Positions 1 to 9,900 of a stretch of 40,521 nt of DNA are shown here, in pieces. The position numbers were made by a program, and so were the translations under genes. The stretch is from Malacoraja senta (taxonomy: Eukaryota), in the NCBI GenBank assembly GCA_038087875.1, contig JAXLNO010000443.1, positions 1 to 40,521 of the forward strand. The letters run 5' to 3'. The notes below the pieces were generated by a model that worked only from the letters and a program-made list of their open reading frames with translations, had not been told where the DNA came from and made no database searches. How positions within the stretch are numbered: position 1 is the first letter of the stretch; each line of letters starts with the position of its first letter.

Positions 1-620
1 AATATGGCAACTTTGCCGGATTTGTGGCGACCTTGCCGGATTTATGGTGACCTTGCCGGATTTATGGTGACCTTGCCGGAAATATGGCGACCTTGCCGGA
101 AATGTGGCGACCTTGCCGGATTTGTGGCGACCTTGCCGGATCTATGGCGACCTTGCCGGAAATGTGGTGAACTTGGCGGATTTGTGGCGCCCTTGCCGGA
201 TTTATGGCGATCTTGCCGGAAATGTGGCGACCTTGCCGGATTTATGGCGACCTTGTCGGATTTGTGGCGAACTTGCCGGATTTATGGCGACCTGCCGGAA
301 ATGTGGCGACCTTGCCGCATTTGTGGCGACCTGGCTGGATTTGTGGCGAACGCTGGATTTATGGCGACCTTGCCGGAAATGTGGCGACCTTGCCGGACTT
401 GTGGCGACCTTGACGGATTCATGGCGACCTTGCCGGAAATGTGGCGACCTTGCCGGATTTGTGGCGACGATGCCGGATTTCTGGCGACCTTGCCGAAATG
501 TTGCGACCTTGCCGGATTTGTGGCGACCTTGCCGGATCTATGGCGACCTTGCCGGAAATGTGGAGACCTTTCCGGATTTGACGCGAGCTTGCCGGAAATA
601 TGGCGGCCTTGCCGGAAATG

Positions 621-2460
621 TGGCGACCTTGACGGATTTGTGACGACCTTCCCGGATTAATGGCGACCTTGCCGGAAATGTGTCGACCTTGCCGGATTTG
701 TGGCGACCTAGCCGGATTAATGGCGACCTTGCCTGAAATGTGGCGACCTTCCCCGATTTGTGGCCACCTTGCCGGGTTATTGGCGACCTCGCCGGTAATG
801 TAGCCTTCTTGCCGGATATGTGGCGACCTTGCCGGATTTATGGCGACCTCGACGGAAAAGTTGCGATCTTGCCGGATTTTTGGCGACTTTACCGGATGTT
901 TGTCGACCTCGCCGGAAATGTGTCGACCTTGCCTGGTTTGTGGCGACCTTGCCGGATTTATGCCGACCTTGCCGGTAATGTGGCGACCTTGCCGGATTTG
1001 TGGATACCATGTCGGATTTATGGCGACCTTGCCGGCAATATGGCGACCTTGCCGGATTTGGGGCGACCTTGCCGGATTTATGGCGACCTTGCCGGAAATA
1101 TTGCGACCTCGCCGGATTTGTGGCGACCTTGCCGGATTTATGGCGACCTAGCCGGAAATATGGCAACCTTGCCGGATTTGTGGCGACCTTGCCGTATTTG
1201 TGGCGATCTTGCCGGATTAATGGCGACCCTGCCGGAAATATGGCGACTTTGCCGCATTTGTGGCGACCTTGCCGGACTTATGGTGACCTTGCCGGAAATA
1301 TGGCGACCTTGCCGGAGTTATGGCGATTTTGCAGATTTATGGCAAACTTGCCGGATTTATGGCGACTTTGCCGGAAATATGGCGACATCGCCGGAATTAT
1401 GGCGACCTTGCCGGATTTATGGTGACCTTGTCGGAAATATGGCGACATTGCCGGAAACGTGGCGACCTTGCCGGATTTGTGGCGACCTTGCCAGATTTAT
1501 GGCGAATTTGCCGGAAATGTGGCGACCTTGCCGGATTTGTAGCGACCTTGCCGGATTTATGGCGACATTCCCGGATTAATGGCGACCTTGCCGGAAATGT
1601 GGCGACCTTGCCGGATTTGTGGCGACCTTGCCGGATTTATGGCGACCTTGCCGGAAATGTGGCGACCTTGACGGATTTGTGGCGACCTTCCCGGATTAAT
1701 GGCGACCTTGCCGGAAATGTGTCGACCTTGCCGGATTTGTGGCGACCTAGCCGGATTAATGGCGACTTTGCCTGAAATGTGGCGACCTTCCCTGATTTGT
1801 GGCCACCTTGCCGGATTGTTGGCGATCTCGCCGGTAATGTAGCCATCTTGCCGGATATGTGGCGACCTTGCCGGATTTATGGCGACCTCGACGGAAATGT
1901 TGCGATCTTGCCGGATTTTTGGCGACTTTGCCGGATGTTTGGCGACCTCGCCGGAAATGTGTCTACCTTGCCTGGTTTGTGGCCACCTTGCCGGATTTAT
2001 GCCGACCTTGCCGGTAATGTGGCGACCTTGCCGGATTTGTGGCGACCTTGTCGGATTTATGGCGACCTTGCCGGCAATATGGCGACCTTGCCGGATTTGG
2101 GGCGACCTTGCCGGATTTATGGCGACCTTGCCGGAAATATTGTGACCTCGCCGGATTTGTGGCGACCTTGCCGGATTTATGGCAACCTAGCCGGAAATAT
2201 GGCAACCTTGCCGGATTTGTGGCGACCTTGCCGTGTTTGTGGCGACCTTGCCGGAAATATTGTGACCTCGCCGGATTTGTGGCGACCTTGCCCGATTTAT
2301 GGCAACCTAGCCGGAAATATGGCAACCTTGCCGGATTTGTGGCGACCTTGCCGTGTTTGTGGCGACCTTGCCGGATTAATGGCGACCTTGCCGGAAATAT
2401 GGCGACTTTGCCGCAATTGTGGCGACCTTGCCGGATTTATGGTGACCTTGCCGGAAATAT
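621..2460 (+). repeat. Higher-order duplication, 1039-bp offset (about 621-1300 repeated at about 1660-2460)
   Basis: Same order of rare variants (GGTAATGTAGCC, CTCGACGGAAA, GCCTGGTTTG). ORF pairs 740/1779, 840/1879 and 1000/2039. The second copy has an extra 120-bp internal duplication near 2120-2360. Ends are approximate. Confidence 0.85.
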
Positions 2461-2781
2461 GGCGACCTTGCCGGAAATGTGGCGACCTTGTCGGATTTAT
2501 GGCGACCTTGCCGGGGATGTGGCGACCATCCCGGGTTTATGGCGACCTTGCCGGATTTGTGGTGACCTTGCGGGATTTACAGCGACCTTGCCGGATTTGT
2601 GGCGGCCTTGCCCGATTCATGGCGAACTTGCCGGAAATAGGCGACTGCCGAATTTGTGGCGACCTTGCCGGATTTATGGCGACCTTGCCGGATTTGTGGC
2701 GACTTTGCCGGAGTTATGGAGACCTTGCCGGATTTATGGCGACCTTGCCGGGAATATGGCGACCTTGCCGCATTTGTGGCG

Positions 2782-2795
2782 ACCTTGCCGGATTT
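2782..2795 (+). repeat. Left copy of putative 14-bp target-site duplication ACCTTGCCGGATTT
   Basis: Identical to 3669-3682. The last TT overlaps the (TTCAA)n tail. In a 20-bp periodic target, a 14-bp duplication cannot be told from a 6-bp deletion. Confidence 0.65.
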
Positions 2796-2820
2796 CAATT
2801 CAATTCAATTCAATTTATTT
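2794..2820 (-). repeat. AATAAA motif followed by (TTGAA)4 microsatellite tail
   Basis: The plus strand reads (TTCAA)4 at 2794-2813, then TTTATT at 2814-2819. Confidence 0.9.
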
Positions 2821-3668
2821 GTCTTTTGAGGGACAAATTTGTCATTTGGACCCCTTGAGGTCCAAACGAAATGTCGTTTCTGCAGCCATACAATACAAAA
2901 CAAAGAAGACCCGAGACACAACACAATTTACACATACATCCATCACAACGCTGTGATGGAAGGCAAAAATAACGTATCTCTCCACTGCACTCCCCCCCCC
3001 CCGATGTCAGAGTCAAAGTCAAAGCCCCCGGCGGGCGATGGTGATTGTCCCGCAGCCATTAAAGCCACGCCGGGTGATGCAAGGTCGCGCACCGGGTCTT
3101 GGTGTTAGAGCCCCGGCGCGCGCCCGCAAAGTCCGGCAGCCATTCCAAGCCGCGCGGGGGTATAAAGCCCCGCTCCAGGTGCTCCTCAACCCCGCAACTC
3201 GGGCGGGAGAAGTCGCCGCTGCGGAAGCCCCGAAAAGCGGTCTCCCACCAGGGGACCCGCGGGCTTCCAGTGTTGCCGTCCGCCAGACCCGCGGTTGTAG
3301 CTTCCGAATCTCCGGGGGTCGGGTCGCAGCAGCGCTCCATCGCAGCTCCACCCGCTCCGGACTCGGCCAGCCCCGCGACGGTGAGTAGTCCGCAGCTCCA
3401 CGGGAGCCCCAGGTCGTTCCTGCTGGAGGCCGCTCCACGTTGCCCAGCCCCAAGGACAACGGAGACCCGACAAAGAAAAGGTCGGGTCTCCCGTGCAGCG
3501 GAAAGATTTTAAAGTTTCCCCCCCCCACCCCCACCCCCACCCCCACCCCCACCCCCCCACACACATACCCCGACAAAAAAAATAATAAAAACTACATAAA
3601 AACGAGACAAAAATAATAAAAAGACAGACGGACTGCAGAGGCCGCTGCAACGAAAAGTCGCGCCGCCC
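2796..3668 (-). mobile_element. Non-autonomous non-LTR retroposon (~873 bp) with a Rex1/Babar-like 3' end
   Basis: Unique sequence interrupting the satellite. The minus strand starts GGGCGGCGCGAC and ends ATTTCG-TTTGGACC-TCAAGG-GGTCCAAA-TGACAAAT...GACAAATAAA(TTGAA)4. ACCTTGCCGGATTT flanks both sides. I see no RT or endonuclease motifs in its ORFs. The clade call rests on recalled similarity to fish Rex1 3' ends (ATTTCGTT-stem-loop-ATGACAATAAA). Confidence 0.75.
3518..3558 (-). other. (GGGGGT)n tract, potential G-quadruplex
   Basis: The plus strand reads C9-A-C5-A-C5-A-C5-A-C5-A-C7, giving six G-runs with 1-nt loops on the element's sense strand. Confidence 0.8.
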
Positions 3669-3682
3669 ACCTTGCCGGATTT
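3669..3682 (+). repeat. Right copy of putative 14-bp target-site duplication ACCTTGCCGGATTT
   Basis: The satellite resumes at A3669 with the same 14 nt that precede the insertion. Confidence 0.65.
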
Positions 3683-4245
3683 ATGGCGACCTTGCCGGTA
3701 TTATGGCGACCTTGCCGGATATATGGCGACCTTGCCGGAAATATGTCGACCTTTCCGCTTTTGTGTCTACCTTCCCGGATTTATTGCGACCTTGCCGGAA
3801 ATATGAGGACCTTGCCGCATTTGTGGCGACCTTGCGGGATTTATGGCGACCTTGCCGGAAATATGTCGACCTTGTCGGATTTGTGGCGACCTTGGCAGAT
3901 TTGTTGCGACTTTGCCGGAAATGTGGCGACCTTGCCGGATTTGTGGCGGCCGTGCCGGATTTATGGCAACCTTGCCGGAAATAGGTGACTCTGCCGGATT
4001 TGTGGCGACCTTGCCGGATTTATGGCGACCTTGCCGGATTTGTGGCGACCTTGCCGGATATACGGCGACTGTGCCACATTTATGGCGACCTTGCCGGGAA
4101 TATGGCGACCTTGCAGCATTTGTGGCGACCTTGCCGGATTTATGGCGACATTGCCGGAAATATGCCGAGCTTGCCGCCTTTGTGCCGACTTTGCCTGATT
4201 TATGGCGACCATGCCGGAAATATGTCGACCTTGCCGCATTTGAGG
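3669..4245 (+). repeat. 20-bp satellite, block 2 (visibly more degenerate, between the two insertions)
   Basis: Same monomer, with many private variants such as CTTTCCGCTTTTGTGTCTAC, ATATGAGGAC and GTGCCACATT. Confidence 0.97.
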
Positions 4246-4371
4246 CTGCCACAGAGGGTAGTTGAGGCCAGTTCATTGGCTATATTTAAGAGGGAGTTAG
4301 ATGTGGCCCTTGTGGCTAAAGGGATCGGGGGGTATGGAGAGAAGGCAGGTACGGGATACTGGGTTGGATGA
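4246..4371 (+). pseudogene. C-terminal fragment of CR1 LINE ORF2 (endonuclease/reverse transcriptase protein)
   Basis: Frame starting CTG4246 gives LPQRVVEASSLAIFKRELDVALVAKGIGGYGEKAGTGYWVG*. It has no start codon of its own and no catalytic domains. Confidence 0.85.
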
Positions 4372-4395
4372 TCAGCCATGATCATATTGAATGGC

Positions 4396-4434
4396 GGTGC
4401 AGGCTCGAAGGGCCGAATGGCCTACTCCTGCACC
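4396..4434 (+). promoter_or_regulatory. CR1 3'-UTR stem-loop (putative ORF2p recognition element)
   Basis: GGTGCAGG (4396-4403) pairs perfectly with CCTGCACC (4427-4434), enclosing an inner hairpin GGCC-GAAT-GGCC (4411-4422). Confidence 0.8.
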
Positions 4435-4438
4435 TATT

Positions 4439-4467
4439 TTCTATGTATCTATGTTCTATGTATCTAT
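4439..4467 (+). repeat. CR1 3' terminal short tandem tail
   Basis: TTCTATGTATCTATG followed by TTCTATGTATCTAT: alternating 7- and 8-nt units forming a 15-bp unit present about twice. Confidence 0.88.
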
Positions 4468-6954
4468 AACGACCTTGCCGGAATTAGGGCGACCTCGCCT
4501 GAAATATGGCGACCACGCCGGTTTATGGAGACCTTGCCGGATTTATGGTGACCTCGGCGGAAATATGGCGACCTCGCCGGATTTATGGCGACCTTGCCGG
4601 ATTTATGGCGACCTCGCGGGAAATATGGCGACCTCGCCGGATTTAAGGCGACCTTGCCGTCTTTCTGGCGACCTCGCCGGCAATATGGCGACCCGCCTGA
4701 TTTTTGGCGACATTGCTGGATTTGTGGCGACCTTGCCGTGAAAATGGCGACCTCGCCGGATTTATGGCGACCTTGCGGGATATGTGGCGAACTTGCCGGA
4801 TTTATGGCGACCTCGCCGGATATATGGCGACCTTGCCGGAATTGTGGCGAACTTGCCGGATAGTTGGCGACCTCGCCGGGAATGTGGCGACCTTGCCGGA
4901 TTGGTGGCGTCCTTGCCGGATGTATTGCGACCTCGACGGAAATGTTGCGATCTTGCCGGATTTTTGGCGACTTTGCCGGATATATGGCGACCTCGCCGGA
5001 AATGTGGCGACCTTGCCGGATTTGTGGCGACTTTGTCGGGTTTATGGCGACCTTGCCGGAAATGTGGCGACCTTGCCGGAATTGTGGCGACCTTGTCGGA
5101 TTTATGGCGACCTTGCCGGCATTATGGCGACCTTGCCGGACTTGGGGCGACCTTGCCGTATTTATGGCGGCCATGCCGGAAATATAGCGACCTTGACGGA
5201 TTTGTGGCGACCTTGCCGGATTTATGGCGACCTAACGGGAAATATGGCAACCTTGCCGAATTTGTGGCGACGTTACCGGATTTGTGGCGACCATGCCGGA
5301 TTTAAGGCGACCTTGCCGGTAATATGGCGACCTTGCCGGAAATGTGGCGATCTTGCCGGATTTGTGGCGACCTTGCCGGATTTATGGCGAACTTGCCGGA
5401 AATGTGGCCACCTTGCCGGATTTATGGCGACATTGCCGTATTTGTGGCGACCTTGCCGGATTAATGGCGACCTTGCCGGAAATATGGCGACTTTGCCGCA
5501 TTTGTGGCGACCTTGCCGGATTTATGGTGACCTTGCCGGAAATATGGCGACCTTGCGGCAAATGGGGCGACCTTGCCGGATTTGTGGCGTCCTTGCCGGA
5601 AATATGGCGACCTTGCCGGATTTATGGCGACCTTGCCTGAAATGTGGTGAACTTGGCGGATTTGTGGCGACCTTGCCGGATTTATGGCGATCTTGCCGGA
5701 AATGTGGCGACCTTGACGGATTTGTGCGACCTTGCCGGAGTTATGGCGACCTTGCCGGGGATGTGGCGACCGTACCGGATTTGTTGCGTCCTTGCCGGAT
5801 TTATGGCGACCTTGCCGGAATTGTGGCGACCTTGCCGTATTTCTGGCGACCTTGCCGGATTCATGGCGACCTTGCGGCAAATGGGGCGACCTTGCCGGAT
5901 TTGTGGCGTCCTTGCCGGAAATATGGCGACCTTGCCGGATTTATGGCGACCTAGCCGGATTTATGGAGACCTTGCCGGATTTATGGCGACCTTGCCGGAT
6001 TTATGGCGACCTTACCTGAAATGTGGCGACCTTCCCTGATTTGTGGCCACCTTGCCGGATTTATGGCGACCTTGTCGGATTTATGGCGACCTTGCCGGCA
6101 ATATGGCGACCTTGCCGGATTTGGGGCGGCCTTGCCGGATTTATGGCGACCTTGCCGGAAATATTGCGACCTTGCCGGATTTGTGGCGACCTTGCCGGAT
6201 TTATGGCGACCTAGCCGGAAATATGGCAACCTTGCAGGATTTGTGGCGACCTTGCCGTATTTGTGGCGACCTTGCCGGATTTATGGCGTCCTTGCCGGAA
6301 TTGTGGCGACCTTGCCGTATTTATGGCGACCTTGCCGGAAATGTGGCGACCTTGACGGATTTGTGGCGACCTTGCCGGAGTTATGGCGACCTTGCCGGGG
6401 ATGTGGCGACCGTACCGGATTTGTTGCGTCCTTGCCGGATTTATGGCGACCTTGCCGGAATTGTGGCGACCTTGCCGTTTTTGTGGCGACCTTGCCGGAT
6501 TAATGGCGACCGTGCGGCAAATGTGGCGACCTTGCCGGATTTGTGGCGTCCTTGCCTGAAATATGGCGACCTTGCCGGATTTATGGCGACCTAGCCGGAT
6601 TTATGGAGACCTTGCCGGATTTATGGCGACCTTGCCGGAAATATGGCGACCTTGCCGGAAATGTGGCGACCTTGCCGCGTTTGTGGCGACCTTGCTGGAT
6701 TTGTGGCGACCTTGCCGGATTTATGGCGACCTTACCGGGAATGTGGCGACCTTGCCGGATTTGCGGCGACCTTGCCGGATTTATGGAGACCTTGCCGGGA
6801 ATGTGGCGACCTTGCCGGATTTATGGCGACATTCCCGGGTGAATGGCGACATTGCCGGAAACGTGGCGACGTTGCTGGATTTGTGGCGACCGTACCGGGT
6901 TTATGGCGACCTTGCCTGAAATGTGGCGACCTTGACGGATTTGTGGCGACCTTT

Positions 6955-9900
6955 TGCCGGATTTATGGCGACCTTTCCGGGGATGTGACGACGGTACCGG
7001 ATTTGTGGCGACCTTGCCGGATTTATGGCGACCTTGCCGGAATTGTGGCGACCTTGCCGTATTAGTGGCGACCTTGCCGGATTTATGGCGACCTTGCGGC
7101 AAGTGTGGCGACCTTGCCGGATTTGTGGCGACCTTGCCGGATTTATGGCGACCTTGCCGGATTTATGGCGACCTTGCCGGAAATATGGCGACCTTGCCGG
7201 AAATGTGGCGACCTTGCCGCGTTTGTGGCGACCTTGCTTGATTTGTGGCGACCTTGCCGGATTTATGGCGACCTTACCGGGAATGTGGCGACCTTGCCGA
7301 ATTTATGGCGACCTTGCCGGAAATATGGCGACCTTGCCGGAAATGTGGCGACCTTGCCGCGTTTGTGGCGACCTTGCCGGATTTGCGGCGACCTTGCCGG
7401 ATTTATGGAGACCTTGCCGGGAATGTGGCGACCTTGCCGGATTTATGGCCACATTCCCGGGTGAATGGCGACCTTGCCGGAAATGTGGCGACGTTGCTGG
7501 ATTTGTGGAGACCGTACCGGGTTTATGGCGACCTTGCCTGAAATGTGGCGACCTTGACGGATTTGTGGCGACCTTGCCGGATTTATGGCGACCTTTCCGG
7601 GGATGTGGCGACGGTACCGGATTTGAGGCGACCTTGCCGGATTTATGGCGACCTTGCCGGAATTGTGGCGACCTTGCCGTATTAGTGGCGACCTTGCCGG
7701 ATTTATGGCGACCTTGCGGCAAGTGTGGCGACCTTGACGGATTTGTGGCGACCTTGCCGGATTTATTGCGACCTTGTCGGATTTATGGCGACCTTGTGGG
7801 ATTTGTGGCGACCTTGCCGGATTTATGGCGACCTTGCCGGAAATGTGGCGACCTTGCCGGACTTGTGGCGACCTTGCCGGATTCATGGCGACCTTGCCGG
7901 AAATGTGGCGACCTTGCCGAATTTGTGGCGACGATGCCGGATTTCTGGCGACCTTGCCGATATGTTGCGACCTTACCGGATTTGTGGCGACCTTGCCGGA
8001 TTCATGGCGACCTTGTCGGAAATGTGGCGACCTTGCCGGATTTGACGCGACCTTGCCGGAAATATGGCGACCTTGCCGGATTTATGGCGACCTTGCCGGA
8101 TTTATGGCGACCTTGACGGTGATATGGCGACCTTGCCGGATTTGTGGCAACTTTGCCGTAAATATGGCGACCTTGCCGGATTTATGGCGTCCTAGCCGCA
8201 TTTATGGCGACCGTGCCGGAAATACGGCGACCGTGCCGGAGTTATGGCGACATTCCAGATTTATGGCGAGTTGCCGGATTTATGGCTACTTTATCACAAA
8301 TATGGCGACATTGACGGAATTATGGCGACCTTGCCGGATTTATGGCGACCACGCCGGAAATATTGCGACCTCGCTGGATTTATGGCGACATTGCCGGAAA
8401 TATGGCGACCGTGCCGGATTTTTGGCGACCTTGCCGCATTTGTGGCGACCTTGCCGGATTTATGGCGACGTTGCCGTAAATGTGGCGACCTTGCCGGATT
8501 TGTGGCTACCTTGCCGGATTTATGGCGACCTTGCCGGGAATGTGGCGACCTTGGCGTATTTATGGTGACATGCCCGGATTAGTGGCGACCTTGACGGAAA
8601 TGTGACGCCCTTGCCGGAAATGTGGCGACCTTGCCGCATTTGTGGCGACCCTGCTGGATTTGTGGCGACCTTGCCGGATTTATGGCGACCTTGCTGGAAA
8701 TGTGGCGACCTTGCGGATTTGTGGCGACCTTGCCGGATTTATGGCGACCTGGCCGGGAATGTGGCGACCTTGCCGGATTTATGACGACATTCCCGGATTA
8801 ATGGCGACCTTGCCGGAAATGTGGCGACCATGCCGGATTTGTAGCGACCTTGCCGGATTTATGGCGACCTTGCCTGAAATGTGGCGATCTTCCCTGATTT
8901 GTGGCCACCTTGCCGGATTTATGGCGACCTTGTCGGATTTATGGCGACCTTGCCGGCAATATGGCGACCTTGCCGGATTTGCGGCGACCTTGCCGGATTT
9001 ATGGCGACCTAGCCGGAAATATGGCAACCTTGCAGGATTTGTGGCGACCTTGCCGTATTTGTGGCGACCTTGCCGGATTAATGGCGACCTTGCCGGAAAT
9101 ATGGCGACTTTGCCGCATTTGTGGCGACCTTGCCGGATTTATGGTGACCTTGCCGGAAATATGGCGACCTTGCCGGAAATGTGGCGACCTTGCCGGATTT
9201 GTGGCGACCTTGCCGGATTTATGGCGACCTTGCCGGAAATGTGGTGAACTTGGCGGATTTGTGGCGACCTTGCCGGATTTATGGCGATCTTGCCGGAAAT
9301 GTGGCGACCTTGTCGGATTTGTGGCGAACTTGCCGGATTTATGGCGACCTTGCCGGAAATGTGGCGACCTTGCCGGAAATGTGGCGACCTTGCCGCATTT
9401 GTGGCGACCTTGCTGGATTTGTGGCGACCTTGCCGGATTGTTGGCGACCTCACCGGGAATGTGGCCATCTTGCCGGAAATGTGGCGACCTTGCCGGACTT
9501 GTGGCGACCTTGCCGGATTCATGGCGACCTTGCCGGAAATGTGGCGACCTTTCCGAATTTGTGGCGACGATGCCGGATTTCTGGCGACCTTGCCGATATG
9601 TTGCGACCTTTCCGGATTTGTGGCGACCTTGCCGGATTTATGGCGACCTTGCCGGAAATGTGGCGACCTTGCCGGATTTGACGCGACCTTGCCGGAAATA
9701 TGGCGACCTTGCCGGATTTATGGCGACCTTGCCGGATTTATGGCGTCCTAGCCGGATTTATGGCGACCGTGCCGGAAATACGGCGACCGTGCCGGAGTTA
9801 TGGCGACATTCCAGATTTATGGCGAGTTGCCGGATTTATGGCTACTTTATCACAAATATGGCGACATTGACGGAATTATGGCGACCTTGCCGGATTTATG

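Larger units (their letters stand above)
1..2795 (+). repeat. 20-bp GC-rich tandem satellite, block 1 (open at window start)
   Basis: Continuous copies of TGGCGACCTTGCCGGA(TT/AA)T(A/G) with a 20-bp period, scattered substitutions and occasional shortened monomers. Confidence 0.98.
4246..4467 (+). mobile_element. 5'-truncated CR1-clade LINE (elasmobranch HER1-like), 3' terminal ~220 bp
   Basis: Encodes LPQRVVEASSLAIFKRELDVAL, which matches the CR1 ORF2 C-terminal motif (WNxLPxxVVEAxSLxxFKxxLD). It is followed by a short 3' UTR with GGGCCGAATGGCCTACTCCTG and a (TnCTATG)-type tail, typical of shark and ray CR1/HER1 and HE1 3' ends. Confidence 0.92.

Noticed and set aside
3156..3171. TATAAA as a TATA box
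   Set aside because: It is a single hexamer, antisense to the element, with no supporting context.
2810..3650. ORFs inside the 873-bp insertion (for example 3019-3576 minus, 3099-3512 plus)
   Set aside because: They are overlapping Pro/Arg/Gly/Ala-rich translations of GC-rich, low-complexity DNA with no recognisable domain.
3560..3668. tRNA-, 5S- or 7SL-derived SINE head
   Set aside because: I see no A/B boxes or cloverleaf, and multiple T runs on the sense strand would terminate Pol III.
3985..4371. Satellite-CR1 fusion protein
   Set aside because: Satellite frames are usually open, so an in-frame join with the ORF2 remnant is expected by chance. There is no evidence of expression.
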